Below, in pieces: positions 24,781-36,193 of a stretch of DNA of 64,000 bases. The translations under genes and the position numbers were made by a program. Numbering within the stretch: the stretch's first letter is position 1; the number at the start of each line of letters is the position of its first letter. The stretch comes from Asterias rubens (lineage: Eukaryota): assembly GCF_902459465.1 (NCBI RefSeq), contig NC_047074.1, forward strand, positions 2,480,001 to 2,544,000, read 5' to 3'. The notes beneath the pieces are model-generated. The model had not been told where the DNA came from, searched no databases, and worked only from the letters and a program-made list of their open reading frames with translations.

Positions 24781-25020
24781 TTGAACGCTGGGTGGCAGCA
24801 GACTCTCCATCATGTAAATTTTCATAGATCTTTTCTCAAATACAAACATTTTGCTCAAGCGCTAACTGTTGAATGAGGTGCATGCTGGTCCAGCCAGGGT
24901 CAAACTCTGGGGCTGGCTAGACCAGCATGCACCTTAATCAACGCATATAGCGCGCGTACCGAGTATTTCCGGTAAGCTCTATTGTTTTACTTATGAGTCT
25001 GCTGCCACCTAGCGTTCCAA
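24781..25020. mobile_element. MITE family D copy with a nested hairpin
   Basis: TTGAACGCTGGGTGGCAGCAGACTC ... GAGTCTGCTGCCACCTAGCGTTCCAA; internal hairpin AGGTGCATGCTGGTC...GACCAGCATGCACCT at ~24875-24935. Confidence 0.7.
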
Positions 25021-26771
25021 ACCTTTTTGGTTTGGCGAGTAGTGTGGTTAGGTAAAGCATGATTCAGGTTAAGCAGGAAAGGGGATTTTCGCTTTTTAGT
25101 TCGGAGTTGTCTTTTAAAATATCGATCTATTATTCACTTGGTATTTTAAATTCATTGTCTATTTTTAATGAATTACACTATTTTTGTGTAGCTGTCGAGC
25201 TTGCTGAAGGCATGATTATTAACTCTTTCAGGCATGCTTGATTGAGTCGGCGAGAATAATGTTTAGTTTTTGTCTGTATAGAAAAGGGAGGGGATAGCAA
25301 ATATTTTGAGAGCAAATATATTGGCAGCTCTATACTAATCCTGTATAAAACCTTTCAATAGAAAAATAATTCATTGCTTTGGGGTAAACAAATTTATTCC
25401 AATCCTCTAGTTTGCAAAGAAATATATATGTTTCTCCAACTCATAGTGTATCCATTTACTCTTTTTTTTTGTCTTCAATAAATAAAATAGTCAAAAACAT
25501 TTCAAGACATTTTGCGCATGACATCATTTCAGTTGGGCTCCTTCGTAGTGGTAAAACAGTTGCTGATTGGCCCATCCTGTGCGCCGCGTGCGTACGTCGC
25601 GTCGTAAATGTTCGTTTTCCACAGTAATGCATGAAAAGCGCCCTCTTGGGGACTAAACTATACGCCTTTCTTAATATTTATGTATGAGGTACGTCACAAT
25701 GCTAATCCAAAACGCAGCCAGTGCGCAAGTGATGGGGGAAGTGCGCCCATAGCCTCATTTTGGGTAAGAATTATGACGTCATGCATTAACATTAAGAGGA
25801 GCGTATACCCTCGTTCGCAAACATAAACCGAACAAGGGTACATGTAGACTGGTTCCCTTGTCCTGGCCGCAAGACTAAAAACTTGTATTGAATTATATGT
25901 ACATGTATACACAAGTACGTCGGGTTAGACTGCGAATCTCCAGAACCGTACAGGCCATGTGAAATGACACGAGGTCAAAGGTGATTGTGGGCGTTGGCTT
26001 GACTAAAGCGAGCCTCAAAGTGTGACGTCAGATGTTCAGGCTATGGTACAAGCAGCACATATCTCCTGCTGTATAAACCAAACTTTGGGGATCAAAACCG
26101 TGCCAAACCAAACATCACGCATGTCTTGAGCCCGGCTCAATACTTCCTTGGAATGCGAATGTGATACGATCTTTGACGTCACATGGCTCTTTTCGCTGCC
26201 ATTGTTTCACAGCAGGTGAACACAACTGTTGCGAATTTGTGACGTCAAAATTCGTGTCGCAATCGCCATTCGCGCACCAGCATTGACACATACGGAACTC
26301 GGTGCCGATATTAAATCTCTCAAACTTTGCCATCGGCTTCTATTGTATTAACTGAACGTGACTGCATAAAGTTACGGGTAGGTGTTCCATCACTGTAAAT
26401 GCAATAAATCTTAATGGAGGCGTTAAATCACCTTTCTACCAGTATTTTGTAAAACTTTTTGATGTGCCATCCCAAGGTTGTCGTTTGAACATGAAAATGG
26501 AATGTAAATTCCTTTGTTTTGTATCGTTTTGATCTTGCTATTCACGCCACCTACACGAGAAAAATACTTTGACATGAAATACATTTTATAATGGCTTTTC
26601 ATAAAATCGACTCGAAATAATTTTTGCAATGAATATCCGATAAAAGTTAAGTCAAGCCAATAATTTTTATTCAGAATCCGTTAGTACTAAATCATAATCC
26701 GTTGTTACGGATACACATTGTCGCTCAGTACCGGAAATAAAACACAACATAATGTGCAGTGACATTATTTT

Positions 26772-27135
26772 GAAAGGAACGCGTTGCCTTGGATCGGTCG
26801 AGTTGGTCTTTGAAAAGCGCTTGTAACCGTTTGTTATATTAAAATGCATATGGTTAAAAAGATGATTTAAAAGTAGAATACAATGATCCACACAAATTTG
26901 CCTCGAAATTGCGTGGTTTTCCTTTACTTTGCGAACTAACACGGTCGGCCATTTACTGGCCGAACGTGTTAGTCGACGTGGTAAAAGGAAAACCACGCAA
27001 TTTCGAGTGATACTTGTGTGGATCATTATATTCTACTTTTAAAATAATTTTCTAATCATATGCATTTTATAACAAACGGTTACAAACGCTTTTCAAAGAC
27101 CAACTGGACCGATCCAAGGCAACGTGTTCCTTTAA
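26772..27135. mobile_element. Palindromic MITE (AGGAAC termini, TTAA at the right flank; Kolobok-like)
   Basis: Near-complete palindrome centred at ~26955, with arms AGGAACGCGTTGCCTTGGATCGGTC / GACCGATCCAAGGCAACGTGTTCCT|TTAA; degenerate relative at ~4945-5220. Confidence 0.8.
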
Positions 27136-27644
27136 CTTCACTTCTGCACAAAGAAAAACACTGTTACAGGAAAAGTGCCATTTTGGGAAATACTCGTGTG
27201 TGAGCAAAATGGGGTAAAAGCTTTCCAAATCCACCTCATATTGAGCTTCAATTACCCATGTCAACAATCAGATGATGACCTTCAAATCTGTTATTAAATA
27301 AAAAATGATTATGACTTTGTACAAACAGTACCTCTGACATTTACTTTTAACATTGTCTTGACTCTTCTCTACATTTTCAGACCCAAGTAAAATAATTGAT
27401 GTGGAAAGGTGTTCCGGCCACCTCTCATTCTAAAATATTATGTATCCCTGTGGAGACATCTTTGGTTCTTTCAATTGTCCCTGTACTTAAGATTTTCCAA
27501 TAGGCTTTGTACACATAACTTCTTATGGAGCATCCCGGTCTTTATAACTTCCCGATAAAGTGCTTTTATTTTCCCTGTTTTGTTTCGTCCTTGGTCTCAA
27601 GAAGGTACCGAATATGAGGGCATCTTGTAATGAATAGGGTAGAT

Positions 27645-27686
27645 GGCCTTAGCTTTCGATCCAAACCGGACTTTCTTCAGAGAGGC
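27645..27686 (-). ncRNA. Minimal type-I hammerhead ribozyme motif, second family
   Basis: Minus strand: GCCTCT CTGAAGA AA GTCC GGTTT GGAT C GAAA GCT A AGGCC. Intact CUGANGA/GAAA core, palindromic AGCT stem III, CUA triplet; stem II imperfect. Confidence 0.55.
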
Positions 27687-29024
27687 ATAAAACAAGTACA
27701 AACAAATACATGTCAATTTATAGAAAATAAGAGGGGAAGGGATTAAGGGAGGGATCCAGAAAGAAGCGGGAAGATTATAGCCAATCAAAGTTTCTATTTC
27801 AGAAACAGTTGGTGGCTATGAACCAATATGAGTACAGTGGTGAGGACAAAAATGATGTACAGTATTAAAAGGTGGATAAAAGTGGTATTAATGTTTGTTG
27901 TAAGTGGATATAATATAAAACATCTGAGAATTAACAATGCGTGACATTCGATTTAAAAAATATACATGGAAAGAAAAACAGCTTAACCTAAATTATGTGT
28001 AAGTTCATTTAAAAGTTCCTCTAAACAATGTTATGATGAAAACTTCTGTTCAAATCTCTATTTTTTTGTTTGTGCAAAGGACAGTCGAGTTGATTGAAAT
28101 GTAAAACATCGAAGTGAGAAATATCAAAGCTACGAATTTTCATAAGAAAATGTTATATTCTTAATCTTCTATATTATTAGTATGTTTTAGTATTTATACT
28201 CGTCAGGCGAAATACAGTATTGGTTATATTGAGTCACACGTTTTTAAATCGTTAAGCTGACACTGCACTAACTGCTTAAATTTGAGAACAATAGCATTTA
28301 ATGAACACTCAAACATTTGTTTATTATTTTCATTGGCCCAATTAAATTAAGCATATAGTAAATGTGCGTCAAATCCGAAGAATCAAAATCCTTATTTTCT
28401 GTTTTCTTTTGAACGCGAGCCACCCAGTGTCTGCTAGTTTTACAGGTTGATGTTTCTGGTGTTTTTTTTTTTTTTTGGCTTACTATAGAGGAGGGGGCAA
28501 TCAATGTTTTCCCTTGTTTTTTTAAGTGAAAACAGAAACCTTTGTTACAGAAAAAAACATATTTTGTTCAATTGTATTGGTTCTTACTTCATGCTCCGCC
28601 AAATTAGCTCAACAAATTATTTACATAAGATTTCTTATTACATCAAGAACAAATTGTTATAAATCTGGGTTATATTTAAATACTTTACTAATAGTAATTA
28701 CTATTATCAATACGATTGTTATTAATTACAAACGACTTCTTAGAAACAATGGATGCTATGCCTCAAAGTTAAACTTCCGCATGCACGTCATATACATACA
28801 TTAAAAATGGTATTATACCGGATTGAGAAATAGAACAAAAACATATTTTTGTTATTTTTTTTCGAGTTTATAGCTTAATCGTATAAACTTATAAATTTTA
28901 GTTTTGCCCATAGAGCGCTGCGTACAAACCAATGTATTTTTTAGACAGATACGATGGATGACTTCCTAAAAATGCAAAAGTTGATCGAGTTCAGCAGGTT
29001 ACAAACTGAAAATGTATACTTTAC

Positions 29025-30407
29025 TTACTCCATTTCGAAAGCACGCACTTCAGTTACTTTAGGTGCCTCTTTTTTGACAAACAAGCGTTTGATCCGTCTC
29101 ATCAAGTAGTCAATAAACTCCACGGCGGTGATAATACTTGCGCCGAGAAACAGCCCGAGCTGCCCGCCCAGCTCTCCCAGCAGCGCAGTGAAGGGCAGAT
29201 CCTCTACTTGCTTGTAGGTGGTGGTGCTCAACTCGTTGTAGTACACGTCCAGATACACTAAACTTCTGGCGGTGTATTCTTCATCGTAGAGCGATGCGTT
29301 CTCTCGGCTTGCGTAAAAACCAACGGAACTTTGAAGGACACTTTTGCTTGGATACCTCGCCATAGATATCGTGGGTTCGTAGGTGAAGTAGTCACAAGAT
29401 ACGGGGCAGTCACATATGTCTTCCGCCATCTTAGCACGATGGAGCTCCAATGCCTTCTTGGTGCATGGTAGCTGTGTGATATTACACAGAGGTACTCCGT
29501 CCGCTTGGAGAGTCCCAAAAAGCTGACAAGAGCAGTTGTCGGTGATAGCAAAAGCTTGACAGTCAGACAGACAGGTGAGCCTGTTATAATTTGTGGGGTC
29601 TTGTTGATAAGCTTTGTTGATACCGCAAACTCCCCACGGTTTGTGGAGGTTCTGATGATGTGTCTGGCGTATGGACACAAAGGTATGAAACCCAGGGGGT
29701 GCTGATAGCCCCGTGGTGTCCATTTCAGGAGACTCAGTGCGAGGATGGATTGCAAATTTGATTCCTGCTTCGGTGTTGCCTTGTTCAGTCTCGGTGTATT
29801 CGTTCTCCTCAATGTCCAGAACCAACTGAAGCCCGTTCCCGATCCCCGGTAGGGTTTGGTTGCCGCGGGAGGTAAATGTGTAACACAGTCCGTAACTCGG
29901 CGAGTAGAATTCTGTGAAGTTTTCTACACCACATTTCGCTCCTTTCCATTTGCACGTATGCATTGATCTTTCCAATGAGTAGCCAGTTGCATAAGCAAAT
30001 TCTGCGTAGTTAAACGAATCATCCGAATAGAAGTCGTCCCAATCATCCACCGAATCTTCGTCGTCCCCCTCAAAATCGTCATAAACTCTTATGAGGTTTT
30101 TTACGTGCTTTTTGTCCTTTTCCTGAATTTTAGAACTCATGAACCGGTTGTAGTTACAAACGGTCACGGCGGGAAAGTCGAGTTTCGGCACGAAATTGAC
30201 AATAACACTGGTGCTTGCTTCGAATCTAATAAACGCCCTGATGCGATCGAACGTAACGGCCGCGTAAATCCCACCAAGCGCGAGTAGGACGATCACCCAA
30301 GGGGCTTTACCCCGGACACCACGTCTCTCGGCTACACGACTTATCCCATGAAGTGTCGTAGTTGTTGCAAACTCAAACTCCAAACTAGCTGGTTTTGGAT
30401 CTTCCAT
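29025..30407 (-). CDS. Intronless DEG/ENaC subunit (copy B, 460 aa)
   Basis: Same motifs as copy A, with an intact TTTTLHGI; shorter C-terminal tail. Confidence 0.95.
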   Translation of the reverse strand: MEDPKPASLEFEFATTTTLHGISRVAERRGVRGKAPWVIVLLALGGIYAAVTFDRIRAFIRFEASTSVIVNFVPKLDFPAVTVCNYNRFMSSKIQEKDKKHVKNLIRVYDDFEGDDEDSVDDWDDFYSDDSFNYAEFAYATGYSLERSMHTCKWKGAKCGVENFTEFYSPSYGLCYTFTSRGNQTLPGIGNGLQLVLDIEENEYTETEQGNTEAGIKFAIHPRTESPEMDTTGLSAPPGFHTFVSIRQTHHQNLHKPWGVCGINKAYQQDPTNYNRLTCLSDCQAFAITDNCSCQLFGTLQADGVPLCNITQLPCTKKALELHRAKMAEDICDCPVSCDYFTYEPTISMARYPSKSVLQSSVGFYASRENASLYDEEYTARSLVYLDVYYNELSTTTYKQVEDLPFTALLGELGGQLGLFLGASIITAVEFIDYLMRRIKRLFVKKEAPKVTEVRAFEME

Positions 30408-32609
30408 TTCCGGGCTGAAATGCTCGTTTTTGTCTGCCTTTGTGACTTGCTGCTGAATCGGAAATCGACTGCCTGAGGATTGGTAAACTAAGCCGTCAAC
30501 AAACCGTCACTCAGGACGATCTTGTCTCTGCAAAAGTTAAATGGCAACTGAACAGTACGCTAAATCGATGGTTAGTTTTAACAATATAGTCTTTTCTCTA
30601 TAGTTTTAACGAGCGGCTCGTTAAAGCTTTGCTGGCAGTGGATCGTAATCCTTGCTCTTTAACCGTGACTTGGTGCGCTGTCACTCATGGACTGATTTTA
30701 AATATGCATGTGTATTGGTAGATATTAACCAATTAGCGGATCGACCTTCTGTGGGCTTTTACTCTTTGTTGTCTTCTGATTAATTTATAGTTAAATTGAG
30801 GGAAAGTGTTCATTTATTTAGCTGCTTCAATATTATACATCCTTAGAAAAACGATTATGAAAGTTGAACAGGGACTGTTGAGAAATTACAAGAACTATTC
30901 AAAGTAGTATAGAAACTATCCAAAGATGTGTACAACCAGAATTCTGCCAATAAAGGAAATTTGTAAACAAATTGATAAAATTGATTTGCACACACAACAT
31001 ATTTTTTAAATTTAGGCCTACACGTCTGAAAATAACCGTTAGAATTTTTAAGGTTAGAAAGTTTCTACAGATGAAGTACCTTTCTTGCCGGGCCGGGGTA
31101 CCATGAAATCCTCAAGGGTCACTCTACGCCATTATGGCGTGTGTGGGTAATAATTTTGGGTGTTTTTTTTGTTTTGTTACATGTTTTTTTTCTACTGTTA
31201 TGTTACTTGTTATCACCGCATGTGTAATGACATGAGACAGGGAGTTTTTAAAAGGGATTTTTTGAAAAATATTTACATTATCTGTAAATTTTTCACAAAG
31301 TCTGTGAGCGAGCCTAGTGCAACTAATGAAGCATTCTTAATTCTGTGTGGTGATGACAGCTTTTTGTGCTATAAATAAAATATGTTCACTGGGAATACTG
31401 TATTAGTTACAGGCGGGTGGCCGTTAAGCTAACGATAATTATAGTGAAATGGGTAAAAGCAGTGACCGTGAGAGTGCAAACGACGAACGCGGGGTCTTAA
31501 GTGCCATTTTAACTCCCCTTGGCCCATTTTCATAAAGCCTCTTATAAGCACAACTAAACACGGAATAAGATTGCTTAGCAGAATCAGGTAACCAGCCCAA
31601 TTGCATTTAGCATTACACATTAACTTTCTAAACAGTAACACCTTGTCTGCAAGTAAACGGGGACCCCTGCCACACCGGCGCGCCGCAGATTCACGTCGGG
31701 GGCTCCTGCCGAAAATGGCTAATAGAAATCCATTGTAAATGACTCGCAAACCTGTCGCACGCTATTTATGACTAGAGCATTACTTGGTCCATGGTTAGTG
31801 AAACCATTGGATGCTCAAATGGATGAAACAATAAGTAGGCCTGAATATACCCGTAGTGCAGAATTATCACCAGTTTAGCCAATTGATAGGGCCACTGACC
31901 ATCAGGGACTAACATCACTAAGAAAACAAACTCGCTCATTTTAACAGGTCCCAATGTTTTGAGAATACGTGCAAGACTCCCACACTACAGTTCTGAGACC
32001 CTTTGCGTAAACTCAGTGTTACACACCAAGAGCAGTTCTCGTCCAATTATCTGCCTCTTTTTGCCCAAGTGAGGGCGCAGTTTGAGATTGTGACGTTATG
32101 TCATGTACAAAACGTCCTGCAAGATATTATGAAACCGACAGAACGTTTTAATTTCAACGAGCATGATGCCGCCAAAGTCTTAGTCATTTGGACGTCTGCT
32201 ACAACAGTAAACAACGCTTTATTGCTCTACTGTGGGTCATTACTGTGTACTTAATTGTTTACCTATTGGTAAAATAAAGTATAGTGTCTTAAAACGTTTG
32301 GTCTTTGTATTGCTCCATGGTAATTAATGGAAGCGCCAGGGTTGCATTTTGGTCCAGCCCTCGCTCAAAAGAGTAATAACTAATTTGTTGTTGGACGATT
32401 CACTAATTGATAACCTTGCATTAAGCTTTTACCACCCACTTGCTTGTTAAAACTGACAGACGATAGTGCGCACTTTTCAGTTGGCGTTTAACTTGTAAAG
32501 AGTCAAGTTCGTGCTGATATTAAGAGTGATGGTTTGTTGACGGCTAAGTTGCCAAACCTTAAGCAGTCGTACTATTTTGAAGAATCAGGAATCAGGATAT
32601 CAACAGACT

Positions 32610-34067
32610 ATGGCAGAAAGAAACGAAGTTATCATCTCAGACAGTGAAGGTCCAAAACAAGCTAGTTTGGAGTTTGAGTTCGCAACAACTACGACACTTC
32701 ATGGGATAAGTCGTGTAGCCGAGAGACGTGGTGTCCGGGGTAAAGCCCCTTGGGTGATCGTCCTACTCGTGCTTGGTGGGATTTACGCGGCCGTTGCGTT
32801 CGATCGCATCAGGGCGTATATTAGATTCGAAGCAAGCACCAATGTTATTGTCAATTTCGTGCCGAAACTCGACTTTCCCGCCGTGAGCGTTTGTAACTAC
32901 AACCGGTTTATGAGTTCTAAAATTCAGGAAAAGGACAAAAAGCACGTAAAAAACCTCATAAGAGTTTATGACGATTTTGAGGGGGACGACGAAGACTCGG
33001 TGGATGATTGGGACGACTTCTATTCGGATGATTCGTTTAACTACGCAGAATTTGCTTATGCAACTGGCTACTCATTGGAAAGATCAATGCATACGTGCAA
33101 ATGGAAAGGAGCGAAATGTGGTGTAGAAAACTTCACAGAATTCTACTCTCCGCGCTACGGACTGTGTTACACATTTACCTCCCGCGGCAACCAAACCCTA
33201 CCGGGGATCGGGAACGGGCTTCGGTTGGTTCTGGACATCGAGGAGAACGAATACACTGAGACTGAAGAAGGCAACACCGAAGCAGGAATCAAATTTGCAA
33301 TTCATCCTCACACTGAGTCTCCTGAAATGGACACCACGGGGCTATCTGCACCCCCTGGGTTTCGTACCTTTGTATCCATACGCCAGACACATCATCAGAA
33401 CCTCCCCAAACCGTGGGGAGTTTGCGGTATCAACAAAGCTTATCAACAAAACCCCACAAATTATAACAGGCACACCTGTCTGTCTGACTGTCAAGCTTTT
33501 GCTATCATCGACAACTGCTCTTGTCAGCTTTTTGGGACTGTCCAAGCGGACGGAGCACCTCTGTGTAGTATCACACAGCTACCATGCACCAAGAAGGCAT
33601 TGGAGCTCCATCGTGCTAACATGGCGGAAGACATATGTGACTGCCCAATATCTTGTGACTACGTCACATACAAACCCACGATATCCATGGCGAAGTATCC
33701 AAGCAAAAGTGTCCTTCAAAGTATCATTGACTCCTACGCAAGCCGAGATAACGCATCACTCTACGACGAAGAATACACTGCCAGAAGTTTGGTGTATCTG
33801 GACGTGCACTACAACGAGTTGAGCACCACCACCTACAAGCAAGTAGAGGATCTGCCCTTCACTGCGCTGCTGGGAGAGCTGGGCGGGCAGCTCGGGCTGT
33901 TTCTCGGCGCAAGTATTATCACCGCCGTGGAGTTTATTGACTACTTGATGAGACGGATCAAACGCTTGCTCGCCAGGGCTAAGGTGGGGGACAATAAAGT
34001 ACACTGTTCAACGAAGGACCATGAGGCACCTCAAACAACTGAAATTCTTGATTTTGAAACAGAGTAA
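32610..34067 (+). CDS. Intronless DEG/ENaC subunit (copy C, 485 aa from the ATG at 32610)
   Basis: GACTATGGCAG start context matches copy A; the ORF track starts at an upstream TTG. HG motif and GAS filter intact. Confidence 0.95.
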   Translation: MAERNEVIISDSEGPKQASLEFEFATTTTLHGISRVAERRGVRGKAPWVIVLLVLGGIYAAVAFDRIRAYIRFEASTNVIVNFVPKLDFPAVSVCNYNRFMSSKIQEKDKKHVKNLIRVYDDFEGDDEDSVDDWDDFYSDDSFNYAEFAYATGYSLERSMHTCKWKGAKCGVENFTEFYSPRYGLCYTFTSRGNQTLPGIGNGLRLVLDIEENEYTETEEGNTEAGIKFAIHPHTESPEMDTTGLSAPPGFRTFVSIRQTHHQNLPKPWGVCGINKAYQQNPTNYNRHTCLSDCQAFAIIDNCSCQLFGTVQADGAPLCSITQLPCTKKALELHRANMAEDICDCPISCDYVTYKPTISMAKYPSKSVLQSIIDSYASRDNASLYDEEYTARSLVYLDVHYNELSTTTYKQVEDLPFTALLGELGGQLGLFLGASIITAVEFIDYLMRRIKRLLARAKVGDNKVHCSTKDHEAPQTTEILDFETE

Positions 34068-34297
34068 AGTATTCATTTTCTAATCAACATCGTTCTAACT
34101 TTATTCTGTCCTAAAATTGACCCACCGTAATTATATTAATCTACACTAATACATATAAGCTTTATCAAGCTAGCTTGATAATCGTTGTTGTTTTATGCAG
34201 CGTTTTTCCCCCTTTTATTTGCTACCTTTTTTGTAATGATTAAGAATGCCATTTTTGTGCCTGAAATGGACGCTATATTGATCGGGTAAAGGTTTAA

Positions 34298-34676
34298 AGC
34301 CAGTGGACACTATTGGTAATTGTCAAAGACTAGTCTTCACATTTGGTGTGTTTCAACATATGCATAAAATAACAAACCTGTGAAAACTTGAGCTCAATCG
34401 GTCGTTGAAGTTGCGAGATATTAATGAAAGAAAAAAACACCCTTGTCACACGAAGTTGTGTGCTTTCTGATGCTTGATTTCGACACCTCGAATTCTAAAC
34501 TTGAGGTCTCGAACTCAAATTCGTGGAAAATTACTTCTTTCTCGAAAACTACGTCACTTCAGAGGGAGCTGTTTCGCACAATGTTTTATACTATCAACCT
34601 CTCCCCGTTACTCGTAATCAAGAAAATATTTATGATGATAATTATTTTGAGTAATTACCAATAGTGTCCACTGCCT
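34298..34676. mobile_element. Full-length MITE family A
   Basis: TTAA|AGCCAGTGGACACTATTGGTAATT ... AATTACCAATAGTGTCCACTGCCT|TTAA. Confidence 0.9.
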
Positions 34677-35519
34677 TTAAGTGCCTAGGTAATCAGAGTT
34701 CGCACCCAGTGCAGACCGTCAATCAACACAACAACACGCTGCCTTCCAGCGCGACTCATTAATGGCACCGTGATGGCACATGTTGAATGTAATCCAAGAG
34801 TTTGGCACTATGGCCAGGCTTGCCGTATGAACTTGATCATATAAATGGCAAGGTTCTTGGCCTTCATTTAGAAGAACAATCCTGTAGAAGGACAAGTCCA
34901 AATTGCTCAATTTCTTTTCCAGTCCCAAATAACTAATTAGTATCACACAATTGTAATGAGAGCTGTGGTTTGTGGCTGTGTTACTCTTTAAACATGCTAT
35001 TTCCTCAAATTTGAGCAGTATTCAAAAAGGTATTGAAAAAAACAACCACACAAACAACCAAAACCTCACCAGAGGACTGCTACTGCCTTCAACTTGATTA
35101 TCAGATAGACATAGGATGCAAACTAATCAAGTTTGAATGTTTAGAACTTTGGGTTTGTTTTACATTTAAGTTTTCGATTTTCTTAGAAAGGAGTTTCAAA
35201 CTTAAGATTTTGTATATATATTGATGACCGTTTTAAAGAACTTTGATGAAGACTTGATAAGACTTGGTAAGTTGAAGCTTGTAAGATCCAGAGTAATAAA
35301 CTCATATTTAATCATTACTTTGTAGATACATTTATATACAATTCTTCAGTACATTAATCATATCATGAAAACTTGAAAGTTAAAATGATATGTTACACAG
35401 ATGACATTATTTCATTACATTATGTACATGTTGGTTGCAGAAATGTTTCATAGATGAACACATAGCTTTGTTAAATGCCAGTAAATGTTGACCCGGCTGA
35501 AAATTAATGTACTCGTTGT

Positions 35520-35600
35520 CAGAGTGGTCTAGTGGTTAGCTGCAGGAGGACTTGTAATCACAAGCTTGTAGGTTTGGTTGAGTCCTACATAATTCCACCA
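35520..35600 (+). mobile_element. Degenerate tRNA-derived (SINE-head-like) sequence
   Basis: GTGGTCTAGTGGTTAG A-box, GACTTGTAATC anticodon-like arm, decayed B-box. Confidence 0.4.
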
Positions 35601-36193
35601 AGCTAACCACTGATTTCACAGTGATTAGAATAAGTATTGTCGTCTAGTAAGGCTCAAGATCTTTTCTTCCACAGTAAAACAAAAAACGCCCCTGGTATCC
35701 CACACAGTGTCTTTAAAACTGGGTGTACTTGCCCAGCTTCAAGCTCTTCCCTTTTGGGCCATTGTTGTCGATTCCACAACCACAGCTCCCCTCCTGGATC
35801 CAAACAATATTAGTGGAAGAAAAGATCTCACGCCTTACCGATTTACCATTTCTTGATTTGTGCAATTCATAATCAAAGACAATGTACAGAGGTGAAAGGC
35901 AGAGACAGAAGCCAATTAGGGAACTTTTTACTGCCCTGACGGTAACCTTGCTATTTGGCTAGGTATTATAAGGGAACTTAGAACTTCTTGAAATTTTTTG
36001 ACAGAATTTCGGATGCAGTATACAACATTTGTTTTATGCAACTACACCACTGTTATAAAATCCTTTACTTCATCTGAAGAGTAAAAAGGTCAAATCTTGT
36101 GGCCATTTGTGGCTGCTATGGGCATTATTGTTCAAGACGCTTGTGGTCTCTAACAGGTTTTAAAGTATCTGCAACCAGTGTTTGGTAAAAGCT

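Noticed and set aside
26772-27135. Palindrome near the midpoint of inverted genes A and B as the axis of an inverted duplication
   Set aside because: It has transposon-like termini and a relative at ~4945-5220, and the DNA flanking it is not symmetric; coincidence is more likely.
23024-34004. Antisense and alternative-frame ORFs overlapping the DEG/ENaC genes
   Set aside because: Shadow ORFs of GC-richer coding sequence, repeated only because the genes are paralogous.
23090-34067. Naming the channels ASIC orthologs
   Set aside because: They lack the His73-equivalent and the usual intron structure; the clade cannot be fixed without phylogeny, so no gene symbol is given.
34719-34946. 75-aa minus-strand ORF downstream of BRCC3
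   Set aside because: No recognisable homology or consistent exon chain; could be UTR or repeat debris.
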